From Candidatus Omnitrophota bacterium (GTDB taxonomy: Bacteria; Omnitrophota; Gorgyraeia; Gygaellales; Profunditerraquicolaceae): a DNA stretch of 64,000 bases. The DNA lies in the NCBI GenBank assembly GCA_025453395.1, contig JALOQK010000004.1, positions 51,563-115,562 of the forward strand. The letters are read 5' to 3'. Positions 20,672 to 28,838 of the stretch are shown here, one piece after another. A model generated the notes under the pieces. It was not told the DNA's origin. It saw nothing but the letters and a program-made list of their open reading frames with translations, and searched no databases. Position 1 is the stretch's first letter. Each line of letters starts with the position of its first letter. The position numbers and the translations under genes were made by a program.

Positions 20672-21076
20672 TTAATTTCCCCTTATTAATTGGGACAATC
20701 TAATGCCTTTGAGCTGCCGCCTGACATAAGATTCTATTTCCTGGATTTTCTTGCGCACAAAACAAGTCTTAGTGTTTGGGCAAGGCATTTTCTTGAAGCT
20801 GCATTCATTTAACCTAAAGGGCCCTTGAAAAACACACATCAACTTTTCTAAGGTAATATTTCTCGCGCCTGGCGTTAATTTAAACCCCCCACCTGGGCCT
20901 TTTATAGAACCAAGAAGGCCATTTCTGCATAAAACCTGGGTGATCTTTCTTAAAAATGGCCGCGGGATCCCTAGATTCTTTACCAATTCTGATACAGGAA
21001 TAATCTTTTTAGAATGACGCTGTATATATATAAGAGACCTTAATGCATAATCTGTATCGCGAGTAATTAGTTTCAT
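20672..21076 (-). CDS. Rrf2-family regulator
   Basis: TRDTDYALR, FLRKI, KGPGGGF, C-x6-C-x5-C. Confidence 0.9.
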   Translation of the reverse strand: MKLITRDTDYALRSLIYIQRHSKKIIPVSELVKNLGIPRPFLRKITQVLCRNGLLGSIKGPGGGFKLTPGARNITLEKLMCVFQGPFRLNECSFKKMPCPNTKTCFVRKKIQEIESYVRRQLKGIRLSQLIRGN

Positions 21077-21100
21077 CTATAATCTTTCGGTTATATAGCT

Positions 21101-21202
21101 TTAAAAGAAGCGGGCAGTTTTACGTCGTGCCCAGGACATGTTACTACAGCCCTCTTTGCAGTGCGCTACCGGTCTAAGCATATACTTAATAGTCACATTC
21201 AT
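21101..21202 (-). CDS. Putative 33-aa leader peptide/small protein MNVTIKYMLRPVAHCKEGCSNMSWARRKTARFF
   Basis: Strong SD GGAGGTG (21213-21207), ATG at 21202, TAA at 21103-21101; first ORF after the promoter. I recognise no homolog. Confidence 0.5.
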   Translation of the reverse strand: MNVTIKYMLRPVAHCKEGCSNMSWARRKTARFF

Positions 21203-21221
21203 CTGGCACCTCCCTCTGGAT

Positions 21222-21251
21222 AAATGATACCACAATAGTATCATTTGTCAA
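21222..21251 (-). promoter_or_regulatory. Promoter with perfect 9-7-9 operator (probable Rrf2 site)
   Basis: TTGACA (21251-21246), 16 nt ending in TGG, TATCAT. AAATGATAC-N7-GTATCATTT at 21222-21246. Confidence 0.75.
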
Positions 21252-21262
21252 GAAAAAAACTT

Positions 21263-23293
21263 TTATCTTAACTTCTTCTCGAATTCCTGCGGGACTTTAT
21301 AGCCGTAGATCTTGGCCTTTTCGCAAGCCAGCCTTGCGCGGGGCAAATCTTTTTCTTGCAGATATGCGATCGCCAGATTAAAATGAAGCACTGGATAAAA
21401 CGGTTTAATGCGTAATGCCCCCTGCAAAACACTTATCGCCTCTTTCCCCTTATGCATGCTATTGTAAACATTAGCCAGATTATTATAACCCTGGATATAC
21501 TCTGGATTAGTTTCTATGGCTTTCTTAAAACAGTTAACAGCCTCTTCTTTGTTATTTAAATCAAAATAGATAGCGCCCAATTGATTGTACCCTTCAGCAA
21601 ATTTAGGATTTTGTTTTAAGGCTTGACGCAACACTGCAATAGCCTGATCAGGCTTTTTATTGGTAGAATAAAAATTTGCCAAGTCCAAATAAACACTATC
21701 CTGTAAAGGGTTGATATCTATAGATCTCTTATACGCGGCTTGCGCGTTTATGAAATCACCCGATGCTTCATAGGCTTTACCTAAAACTGCCCAGGCATTA
21801 AACAGGCCGGGGTCCAGCTTAATTGCCTGCTTTAAAGAGGCCACGGCTTTCTGCGCCTGACCAACCTTAAGCTGTATTTGGCCCAAACTCAAATAAACCT
21901 GCGGCTGATTGCTTACGGCAAGTTTAGCTGAAGCCTCCAATAAAGATACAGCCTGACTATGGAACCCCTGCCGGCTATAAACTAAAGCCAAGTTATTGCG
22001 CGCATCGGCGTAGCTAGAATTAATACGCAGAGATTTCTGAAATTCCTCTATCGCGCGTTTTACATTGCCTTGGCGCAAACAGATTACCCCGTAATTATTA
22101 AGCGCGCGGGGGCTTAGCGGAGAAGTTTCCAAGGTGCGCGTCCAGAATATTTCTTCGCTTTTCCAGTCAGTATTCCTGATTGCGGTGCGCATTAATAAAA
22201 CAACCAAAACCAGGATAAAAAAGCCTAAAATATACGGACGCTTTGATTCTTTACCCTCCAATAAGCGCGCGTAAAGGCAGGCAAAGAAAATAGAAAATGC
22301 CAACAACGGGAAATAAACATAACGTTCCGCGACAACCGAAGAAACCGGTATATGGCTATAAGTAAAGGAAAGAAAAATTATGAATATGCTCAAGGCAAAG
22401 AATAACCGCCTGGATCTTTTCCATAGCACCCAGAGAACAAATAAAAAACCAAAGGCAAATAAATACTTAAAATGCAAAATGAATTTAGGGATAAATACCG
22501 GCTCATGATAAAGAGTAAGGACTCTTGGCCAAACTAATAGCCATAAATGAGCGAAAAACGAATAAACGAAATAGACAAGCGGATTATGCACCACAAGAAC
22601 GCTTCCTGTGGTTTCCTTTGCCACAAAAGTAATCCTGTCAGCAATGAATTCTCTGGCCAAAAATATCCTTAAAGCCACGATCAAAACAAACACTATCCAC
22701 CATCTCCATCTTTCCCTATAATCCCTAAAACATATATCCCAAATCGCGATAAAGAACGGGAAAAGCGCATAAAAAGAAAAGCTGTCCAGCAAGAAATAAG
22801 TATAAAACAGAACACATAAAATATAAGTTTTTATTGCGCTGGCTTTCTTGCCTTGCCCAAGAAAAGACATAGACCTCTCGTACAAGAAGAAACTACCCAG
22901 CAAAAATATGGTCATGATTATGTATGGCCTTCCGGATATCCAAGCCACAGCTTCGCAATGCGCTGGGTGCACAGCAAAAAGGCTTGCGGCAAAAAGGCTT
23001 GGGTATAGGCCAAATAAATAGCGCAAAAATAAGAAAACCATAACTGTGGCGATAATATGAAAAACAATGCTGGTCAAGTGATAGGGAAGCGGGTTTTGTT
23101 TGAAGAAGAAATAGGTCAAGGTATGCATGGCCTGCTGGGGATTATGCCAAGCCTGCCCAAGCTCATTTATATTAGGAGAATGGTCAATGAGGACTGTCAC
23201 ATCATCAGAGATAAAGCCATTAAACAGCGTATTGGCATAAGCCAACACGCACAAAATCCCTAAAAGAGTAACCGCTCTTTTTAAATTAAACAT
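21263..23293 (-). CDS. TMTC-like polytopic membrane protein with C-terminal TPR array (putative GT-C glycosyltransferase)
   Basis: FISDD, LFAVHPAHCEAVAWISGR, AERYVYFP, RNTDWKSE, then about 8 TPRs. Confidence 0.8.
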   Translation of the reverse strand: MFNLKRAVTLLGILCVLAYANTLFNGFISDDVTVLIDHSPNINELGQAWHNPQQAMHTLTYFFFKQNPLPYHLTSIVFHIIATVMVFLFLRYLFGLYPSLFAASLFAVHPAHCEAVAWISGRPYIIMTIFLLGSFFLYERSMSFLGQGKKASAIKTYILCVLFYTYFLLDSFSFYALFPFFIAIWDICFRDYRERWRWWIVFVLIVALRIFLAREFIADRITFVAKETTGSVLVVHNPLVYFVYSFFAHLWLLVWPRVLTLYHEPVFIPKFILHFKYLFAFGFLFVLWVLWKRSRRLFFALSIFIIFLSFTYSHIPVSSVVAERYVYFPLLAFSIFFACLYARLLEGKESKRPYILGFFILVLVVLLMRTAIRNTDWKSEEIFWTRTLETSPLSPRALNNYGVICLRQGNVKRAIEEFQKSLRINSSYADARNNLALVYSRQGFHSQAVSLLEASAKLAVSNQPQVYLSLGQIQLKVGQAQKAVASLKQAIKLDPGLFNAWAVLGKAYEASGDFINAQAAYKRSIDINPLQDSVYLDLANFYSTNKKPDQAIAVLRQALKQNPKFAEGYNQLGAIYFDLNNKEEAVNCFKKAIETNPEYIQGYNNLANVYNSMHKGKEAISVLQGALRIKPFYPVLHFNLAIAYLQEKDLPRARLACEKAKIYGYKVPQEFEKKLR

Positions 23294-23306
23294 TTTTCAA
23301 GAAAGC

Positions 23307-24326
23307 TTATTCGTTGAATATCCCCTTTATTATACCATTACAATAAGAACAGCGTCCGGAACTTATTTTGTTTTCTTCTACGCTAAAGCCATGCCTGAGG
23401 ATAAGTTTCTTGCCGCATGAAGGGCAAAAAGTATCTTCTCTTATCCCGCGCAGATTGCCAACATACACATACCGCAATAAAGCATCTTTCCCGATTTTAT
23501 AGGCTTTTTCCAAAGAATCTAAATCTGTTGGAGGAAGATGCGATAATTTATAGTCAGGATGAAAAGCGGATATATGCCATGGCATATCCTTGTCTACACC
23601 GGATAAAAAATCAGCAATGCCTTTTAATTGCTCCGGCGAATCGTTTTGTTTTGGAATAAGCAAAGTTGTAACCTCAACCCAAATGCCTATTTCGTGCATA
23701 AAGCGGATAGAATCCAAAACTGGCTTCAGGCGCGCGCCACAAATCTTCTGGTAAAAAGAATCATCAAAAAATTTCAAATCAACATTAGCTGCATCTAGAA
23801 ACCCCCGCGCCAGCTCTAAACAATCCCTGCTCATAAACCCGTTGGTGACAAAAAGATTATACAGCCCCTTTTTCTTAGCCAGCTTCATTATCTCTAAAGC
23901 GTACTCAAAGAAAATCGTAGGTTCAGTATAGGTATAAGAGATACTCCGGCATTCATGCTGAAGAGCCAGATCCACTATTTCACCGGGGGAAAGTTTCTTA
24001 GCTGTGGCAGGATCATTTGAATCGCGAAAATTAATCTGCGAAATCTGCCAGTTCTGGCAGAATGAACACTTAAAATTACACCCCATGGTAGCCACAGAAA
24101 AGGTCTGGGATCCGGGTAAAAAATGGAATAGGGGCTTTTTTTCCACCGGATCCACATTGGCAGCAACCACTTGATCATAGGCAAAGGTATAAAGCACGCC
24201 GGAATTATTCTGACGCATGCCGCAGATACCAAAATCTGCATCCGCGATACGGCAGTTATGGGCGCAAAGAAAACAATGCACATTATTGGAGTCTAATCTC
24301 TCATAAAGAATTGCTTCTTTTTTCAT
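23307..24326 (-). CDS. amrS: AmmeMemoRadiSam-system radical SAM enzyme
   Basis: CFLCAHNC, DPVEKKPLFHF, GCNFKCSFCQNWQISQ, YTYTEP, TFCPSC. Confidence 0.9.
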   Translation of the reverse strand: MKKEAILYERLDSNNVHCFLCAHNCRIADADFGICGMRQNNSGVLYTFAYDQVVAANVDPVEKKPLFHFLPGSQTFSVATMGCNFKCSFCQNWQISQINFRDSNDPATAKKLSPGEIVDLALQHECRSISYTYTEPTIFFEYALEIMKLAKKKGLYNLFVTNGFMSRDCLELARGFLDAANVDLKFFDDSFYQKICGARLKPVLDSIRFMHEIGIWVEVTTLLIPKQNDSPEQLKGIADFLSGVDKDMPWHISAFHPDYKLSHLPPTDLDSLEKAYKIGKDALLRYVYVGNLRGIREDTFCPSCGKKLILRHGFSVEENKISSGRCSYCNGIIKGIFNE

Positions 24327-25327
24327 ATTTTTATCCGCGATAACGACTCTTGATCAATAGGATACACCAAGGCTTTTTCTTCTTTGCCATTAGCAACCTT
24401 TTGAAACATAATTTCTGTTTTCTTGCTCTTATCAATATCCGAATAGCGCGCCACAACAGAACAGGAAAGAGAAATCAGATTATCATCCATACCGCCGCTG
24501 CCAACGGCAGTTGGCCCGGCGGTATCCTCATCCACATAAAAAAGAAAATCTCCCGGGCGGGCCATCTTTTCTAAAGCCAGGTTCTCCTGCTGGTTTCTGC
24601 CTACGACTAACTTTGTATGGTTATTCAAGCGAAAATGCCTGCCTAATTTTAAAAGCTGAACATTTTTAGATTTAAGCTGTTTATGCGCTATTAAATCTTT
24701 GAGGCGCCGGGAAAAATCAGGATCAGTTAATAAACATCCCCCTGCTGGCTGGGCATAATCTTTGATCTTAAAATACTCTGCCAATTCCATTTGCGCCTTG
24801 CGGCTTCTGCCGTTTATGGAAAAAAGTTTTTCGCGCATGACCCATCCTTTTTCCTCAGGCAGTGTGACTGGCAATAATTTAGCGCAAAGCGGGCGCAAAA
24901 TCAAACGCTCTAACCCGGCCTTGCCCGGAATAAAATTTATCGCCTGCTTATTTTGAGACATCGGACGCTGCGATAAGACTTCCCCGGTGACCAGAAAATC
25001 AGCCTGCCCGGCCTTAAGAAGCTGTCCTGCTTTCTTAAGCATTAATATCTTACAATCAATACAAGGATTCATATTAGAACCAAACCCATGCTGCGGGTAA
25101 CGCATCATTTCTAAGAATTCTTCCTGTATATCAATCTCTTCCAAAATCCTGCCTAATTTTTGCTTAACAACCAAGGCAGTCTTGTCAAAAGTATCTTTTG
25201 ATTTCTTGGCGCTTAAGAAAGGAATAATAAATTTGACTGGAAAGACATCTATCCCCTGCTCTTTTACTACGCAAGAAGCAAGGATACTGTCTAGACCGCC
25301 AGAGATAAGCGCGATCGCCCTTTTCAT
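24323..25327 (-). CDS. ThiI/MnmA-like PP-loop tRNA thiolase with C-terminal NFACT-R/DUF814-like domain
   Basis: MKRAIALISGGLDS, NPCIDCK, TGEVLSQRPMSQ, PAGGCLLTD, GRHFRL; start at ATG 25327. Confidence 0.8.
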   Translation of the reverse strand: MKRAIALISGGLDSILASCVVKEQGIDVFPVKFIIPFLSAKKSKDTFDKTALVVKQKLGRILEEIDIQEEFLEMMRYPQHGFGSNMNPCIDCKILMLKKAGQLLKAGQADFLVTGEVLSQRPMSQNKQAINFIPGKAGLERLILRPLCAKLLPVTLPEEKGWVMREKLFSINGRSRKAQMELAEYFKIKDYAQPAGGCLLTDPDFSRRLKDLIAHKQLKSKNVQLLKLGRHFRLNNHTKLVVGRNQQENLALEKMARPGDFLFYVDEDTAGPTAVGSGGMDDNLISLSCSVVARYSDIDKSKKTEIMFQKVANGKEEKALVYPIDQESLSRIKI

Positions 25328-27054
25328 TATCGGATAATAATATTTAAAGTTATGCCTACGATGAAACTTGCGGAGAGCATTATAAAAGTAGCTTTGATTA
25401 AAGCCTTTATCCCCAATTCCTTCCACAAAACCATGAAAGTGGCCATACAAGGAAAAGACATCGCAAGTATAGTTGAAGAAATCAAAAGTTGCTTTGCGGA
25501 AAGCCCAAGCGGCATCAATAACCCGGCGGCGACATCTTTTCTAAAGAAACCGAATAAAAGCGCCACCACCGCTTTTTGGGGAAGGCCGAATAATCCTTCA
25601 ATAACCCAAGCAAAAATATGCTCCAAAAAATCGAACAGGTGATAGTAAATAGCCAAGTTTAAAATCAATACCCCGGCAAAAACAAGCGGCAGCGCTTCTA
25701 TAATAAAAACTTTAACCCTAAAGAAAAGTTTCTTTAAAAGAAGCAGAAGCGGAGGAAAACGGTACGGCGGGATTTCTAATAGAAATTCCGGGCTGTAACC
25801 TTTAAGAATACGGTTTAAGAACGCGCCGATTATTAGAATAACCACAAATAATATAAGGTAAACTCCTACCACATACTTTAACCCATAAGAACCCAATAAA
25901 GCAAAGATCATCGCCTGAAGCGGGACACACGGAATCCCGATAGAAATAAGAGTGGCGGCAATGAACCTTTCGCGTTTTGATTCCAGAACTCTTGTTGCCA
26001 GGATCCCTGGGACATTGCAACCAAAGCCTAAAAGCACCGGAATAATCGCAAAACCATGCAGGCCCAAACGATGCAATAGATTATCCAATAATATCGCCAA
26101 ACGCGGCAGGTATCCCGTGTCTTCAAGAATACTTAAAACAAAATAGAAAGAAACAATGTAGGGCAAAACCATGGCAAATTCAATATAGGGCGCGGTAGTC
26201 AAAAGTCCGAATGACTGCTTAAAATCAATAACACCGCCGATCATATCCCCGATAAGCAGATGATCCATTAAGCTGCCAGGCAAGATGAAAGTATGGATTT
26301 TTTCCACAACCGGCATATATAAATTATGGAAAACCGGATCCGCGACATAATTAATCAAACCCTCGCCTAAGAAACGCACTGCTTTAAAAGAAAGAAAAAT
26401 AACTCCAAGCGATATCAATGCTCCGCTAAAGGGGCGCACAGAGGCATCTTCCAAAAGCTCTCTTAGGGTATGATGACGATGGGTAAGCTTCTGCACAGCC
26501 TCAATGATACGGCCGATTTCCTGCCAACGCTGTTGGCTCTCAAGTTTAACCCGGCTGTTTGACCTTGCCTGCTCTATCCGGCTTATAAGAAATTTAATCC
26601 CCGCCCCTGTTACCGCGCAAGTAGAAATAACTGGAACCTTCAGCATTTCTTCAAGCTTCTTAACATCAATCTCTATGCCGCGATGCGCTGTATCATCGCA
26701 CATATTCAGGCAGACAATCACCTGATATCCTGCTTCAATGAGTTGCAAGGTTAAAAATAAATTCCTCTCCAGATTAGTAGCATCAACAATATTAATCACC
26801 ACGCTTTTATCAGCAGGATACTCCATAAGCATATTAACTGCTGCTTCTTCCGCTTCTGAAGAAGGCTCTAAAGAGTACGTTCCGGGTAAATCAATTACCT
26901 CAAACTTTTCCTGCCTTAATAAAAGATAACCCTTGCTAAAACCTACTGTAGTCCCCGGGTAATTAGCGGAAATAACCTGCACCCCGGTCAAACGCGAGAA
27001 AACAACGCTTTTGCCGACATTGGGGTTGCCGATTAAAAATATTTTTTCTATCAT
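25327..27054 (-). CDS. feoB: Ferrous iron transporter B
   Basis: GNPNVGKS, NYPGTTV, DLPGTYSL, EDTGYLPR, GFGCNVPG. Confidence 0.94.
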   Translation of the reverse strand: MIEKIFLIGNPNVGKSVVFSRLTGVQVISANYPGTTVGFSKGYLLLRQEKFEVIDLPGTYSLEPSSEAEEAAVNMLMEYPADKSVVINIVDATNLERNLFLTLQLIEAGYQVIVCLNMCDDTAHRGIEIDVKKLEEMLKVPVISTCAVTGAGIKFLISRIEQARSNSRVKLESQQRWQEIGRIIEAVQKLTHRHHTLRELLEDASVRPFSGALISLGVIFLSFKAVRFLGEGLINYVADPVFHNLYMPVVEKIHTFILPGSLMDHLLIGDMIGGVIDFKQSFGLLTTAPYIEFAMVLPYIVSFYFVLSILEDTGYLPRLAILLDNLLHRLGLHGFAIIPVLLGFGCNVPGILATRVLESKRERFIAATLISIGIPCVPLQAMIFALLGSYGLKYVVGVYLILFVVILIIGAFLNRILKGYSPEFLLEIPPYRFPPLLLLLKKLFFRVKVFIIEALPLVFAGVLILNLAIYYHLFDFLEHIFAWVIEGLFGLPQKAVVALLFGFFRKDVAAGLLMPLGLSAKQLLISSTILAMSFPCMATFMVLWKELGIKALIKATFIMLSASFIVGITLNIIIR

Positions 27055-27284
27055 GCAAGCTCCACAATGATTTTTGCTGCCACCCCATAGCCTATGGCTA
27101 AAGTTGACCTGCCGCATTTAATCGTAACCGGGCCGCGCATAGCAAAATGGTTAAGCTTGGTTACGGTGGTGCCGGGATAAATACCCATACTCATCAAACG
27201 GCTGGCTAAATTACTCCCACCTGATATTTCCAAGATACGCGCTTTCTGATTTTCCTTAAGATGGGCCAAAGAGATCTTTTTCAT
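27051..27284 (-). CDS. feoA: FeoA family protein
   Basis: RLMSMGIYPG, GPV; overlaps feoB start. Confidence 0.9.
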   Translation of the reverse strand: MKKISLAHLKENQKARILEISGGSNLASRLMSMGIYPGTTVTKLNHFAMRGPVTIKCGRSTLAIGYGVAAKIIVELA

Positions 27285-28024
27285 TAATGCGCGTGGGTTT
27301 TAGAAATGAGGATAAAGGCTATTCCGAGAATAAAGAATACCATGGACAAGGCACTCTTCTTAATATCCGGCTGTTTGTGCAGCTCCGGAATTAGGTCGCA
27401 TGCGGCGATATAAATAAAACCTCCGGCAGTAAAAGCCAAAAGGCCCGGAGAGAAATTTTGCGCTTGTGTGGCGATAAAATATCCGCAAACTGTCCCAATA
27501 ACACAAGTCAAAGCACTTAAGAAATTAAACATAAGCGCTTTTATCTTAGTCATCCCGCCATAAATCAAAACTCCAAAATCTCCTATTTCCTGGGGGATCT
27601 CATGCAGAATAATAACCAATGTGGTAACTATCCCGAATTTAATACTCACCAAAAAGCTTGCCCCAATAACCAAACCATCAACAAAATTATGGATGCCGTC
27701 TCCGATTAAGTTAAGATAAGTGAAAGCGTGGATGCTACAGACTCCGTCATGGCAGTGCCGCCAATGGAAATACCTTTCTAAGATAAAAAATACCACAAAC
27801 CCAAAAAGTAAATAATAGTAAGGCATATTGGTCGTGAATTCTTCCAGGGCTTCGGGCAAAAGATGCAACAGGGCTGCCCCCATTAAGCTGCCTGCTGAAA
27901 AAGCAATCAAGAGAAAAAGAATCTTATTCAGCCACTTCTCTTTAAGAAGAAGCGCAAATATCCCGATAAGAGAAATAAGGCTTACCACCGCACTTGCGCC
28001 AAGCGCCCAGAATAAATTCATCAT
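27284..28024 (-). CDS. ZIP-family metal transporter
   Basis: HLLPEA, HNFVDG, HEIPQEIGDF, HWRHCH. Confidence 0.92.
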   Translation of the reverse strand: MMNLFWALGASAVVSLISLIGIFALLLKEKWLNKILFLLIAFSAGSLMGAALLHLLPEALEEFTTNMPYYYLLFGFVVFFILERYFHWRHCHDGVCSIHAFTYLNLIGDGIHNFVDGLVIGASFLVSIKFGIVTTLVIILHEIPQEIGDFGVLIYGGMTKIKALMFNFLSALTCVIGTVCGYFIATQAQNFSPGLLAFTAGGFIYIAACDLIPELHKQPDIKKSALSMVFFILGIAFILISKTHAH

Positions 28025-28028
28025 TTTA

Positions 28029-28373
28029 TTAACAAGCAGTAGTTATATAAATATACTTAAGCGGTTTATTAGCGATATTCTTAATATCATGGACCACGTC
28101 TTTTGGGACATAGATAAACGCCGGGGCTTTTATTTGCAAGAAGCTTTTTTGCCCATAGTAAAAACGCGCCCGGCCCTCTAAGAAAACAATTGCTTCTTCT
28201 TTGGCCGTTGTGCAATGCCTGCCCACAGACACCCCCGGAGCAAGAACTACCAAACCCGAACGAAGATTAATGCCTTTGCCCGAGTCACCCAGAAGACGCC
28301 GGTATTTCCTTAAACAAGCTACGTTTACTTTGAAAGGCTTCACCCTTTTTGTCCCATCCTTAAAATTTATCAC
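28029..28373 (-). CDS. Cupin-domain protein
   Basis: LAPG..VGRH...EE...LEG...P...H.I.N pattern. Confidence 0.8.
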   Translation of the reverse strand: MINFKDGTKRVKPFKVNVACLRKYRRLLGDSGKGINLRSGLVVLAPGVSVGRHCTTAKEEAIVFLEGRARFYYGQKSFLQIKAPAFIYVPKDVVHDIKNIANKPLKYIYITTAC

Positions 28374-28755
28374 CCAAAGAAATCTTCCCGGGGCCTAAAA
28401 GTATAAGTGCCACACAAATGGCGATAATAATAAAATTATATTCAAACCCGCCCTGCATCATAAAAAATCCGTTTTTAAGATGCACGGTAATTGCCGCCAC
28501 CAAGATGACAATCAATAATATGCCTGCTGACAATCTGGTAAAAAGTCCCAAGATCAAAAGCGCACCACAAATAAGTTCGCTATAACCTGCTAAATACGCC
28601 CAGAAAATTCCCGGAGTAAATCCAAGGCCGGTTAACATCTTGGCAAATTTATCCATACCCGAACCACCAAACATGCCAAAAACCTTCTGGCTGCCGTGCA
28701 AAACAAACATTATCCCCAAAGAACACCTTAATACTAAGATCGCCCAATCTTGCAT
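28360..28755 (-). CDS. DoxX-family membrane protein
   Basis: LR..LG.MF..HGSQK.FG, E...G.LL.LGL.TR, GFEY, GPGK.S; AAGGAGGT SD before ATG 28755. Confidence 0.9.
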   Translation of the reverse strand: MQDWAILVLRCSLGIMFVLHGSQKVFGMFGGSGMDKFAKMLTGLGFTPGIFWAYLAGYSELICGALLILGLFTRLSAGILLIVILVAAITVHLKNGFFMMQGGFEYNFIIIAICVALILLGPGKISLGDKF

Positions 28756-28760
28756 GGCAT

Positions 28761-28837
28761 ACCTCCTTCGCAGTAGCGAACACCGGCGCAATTTGCCGCA
28801 ATTGCGGCATACTTTGCCTTCCGATAGGCAAAGGTAC
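28761..28837 (-). ncRNA. Candidate cis-regulatory structured RNA, copy A (three hairpins plus SD of doxX)
   Basis: GTAC-CTTTGCC-TATCGGAA-GGCAAAG-TA-TGCCGC-AATT-GCGGCA..GGTG-TTCGC-TACT-GCGAA-GGAGGT. Confidence 0.6.
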
Positions 28838-28838
28838 A

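Noticed and set aside
21090-21220. 6S RNA or tRNA in the Rrf2 upstream gap
   Set aside because: No long end-to-end rod or cloverleaf; SD plus ORF plus local pseudoknot explains it better.
28761-28837. c-di-GMP-I (GEMM) or guanidine-II riboswitch identity for the repeated motif
   Set aside because: GGCAAA is base-paired here. There is no GNRA loop/receptor pair and no ACGR loops. A formal Rfam scan is still needed.
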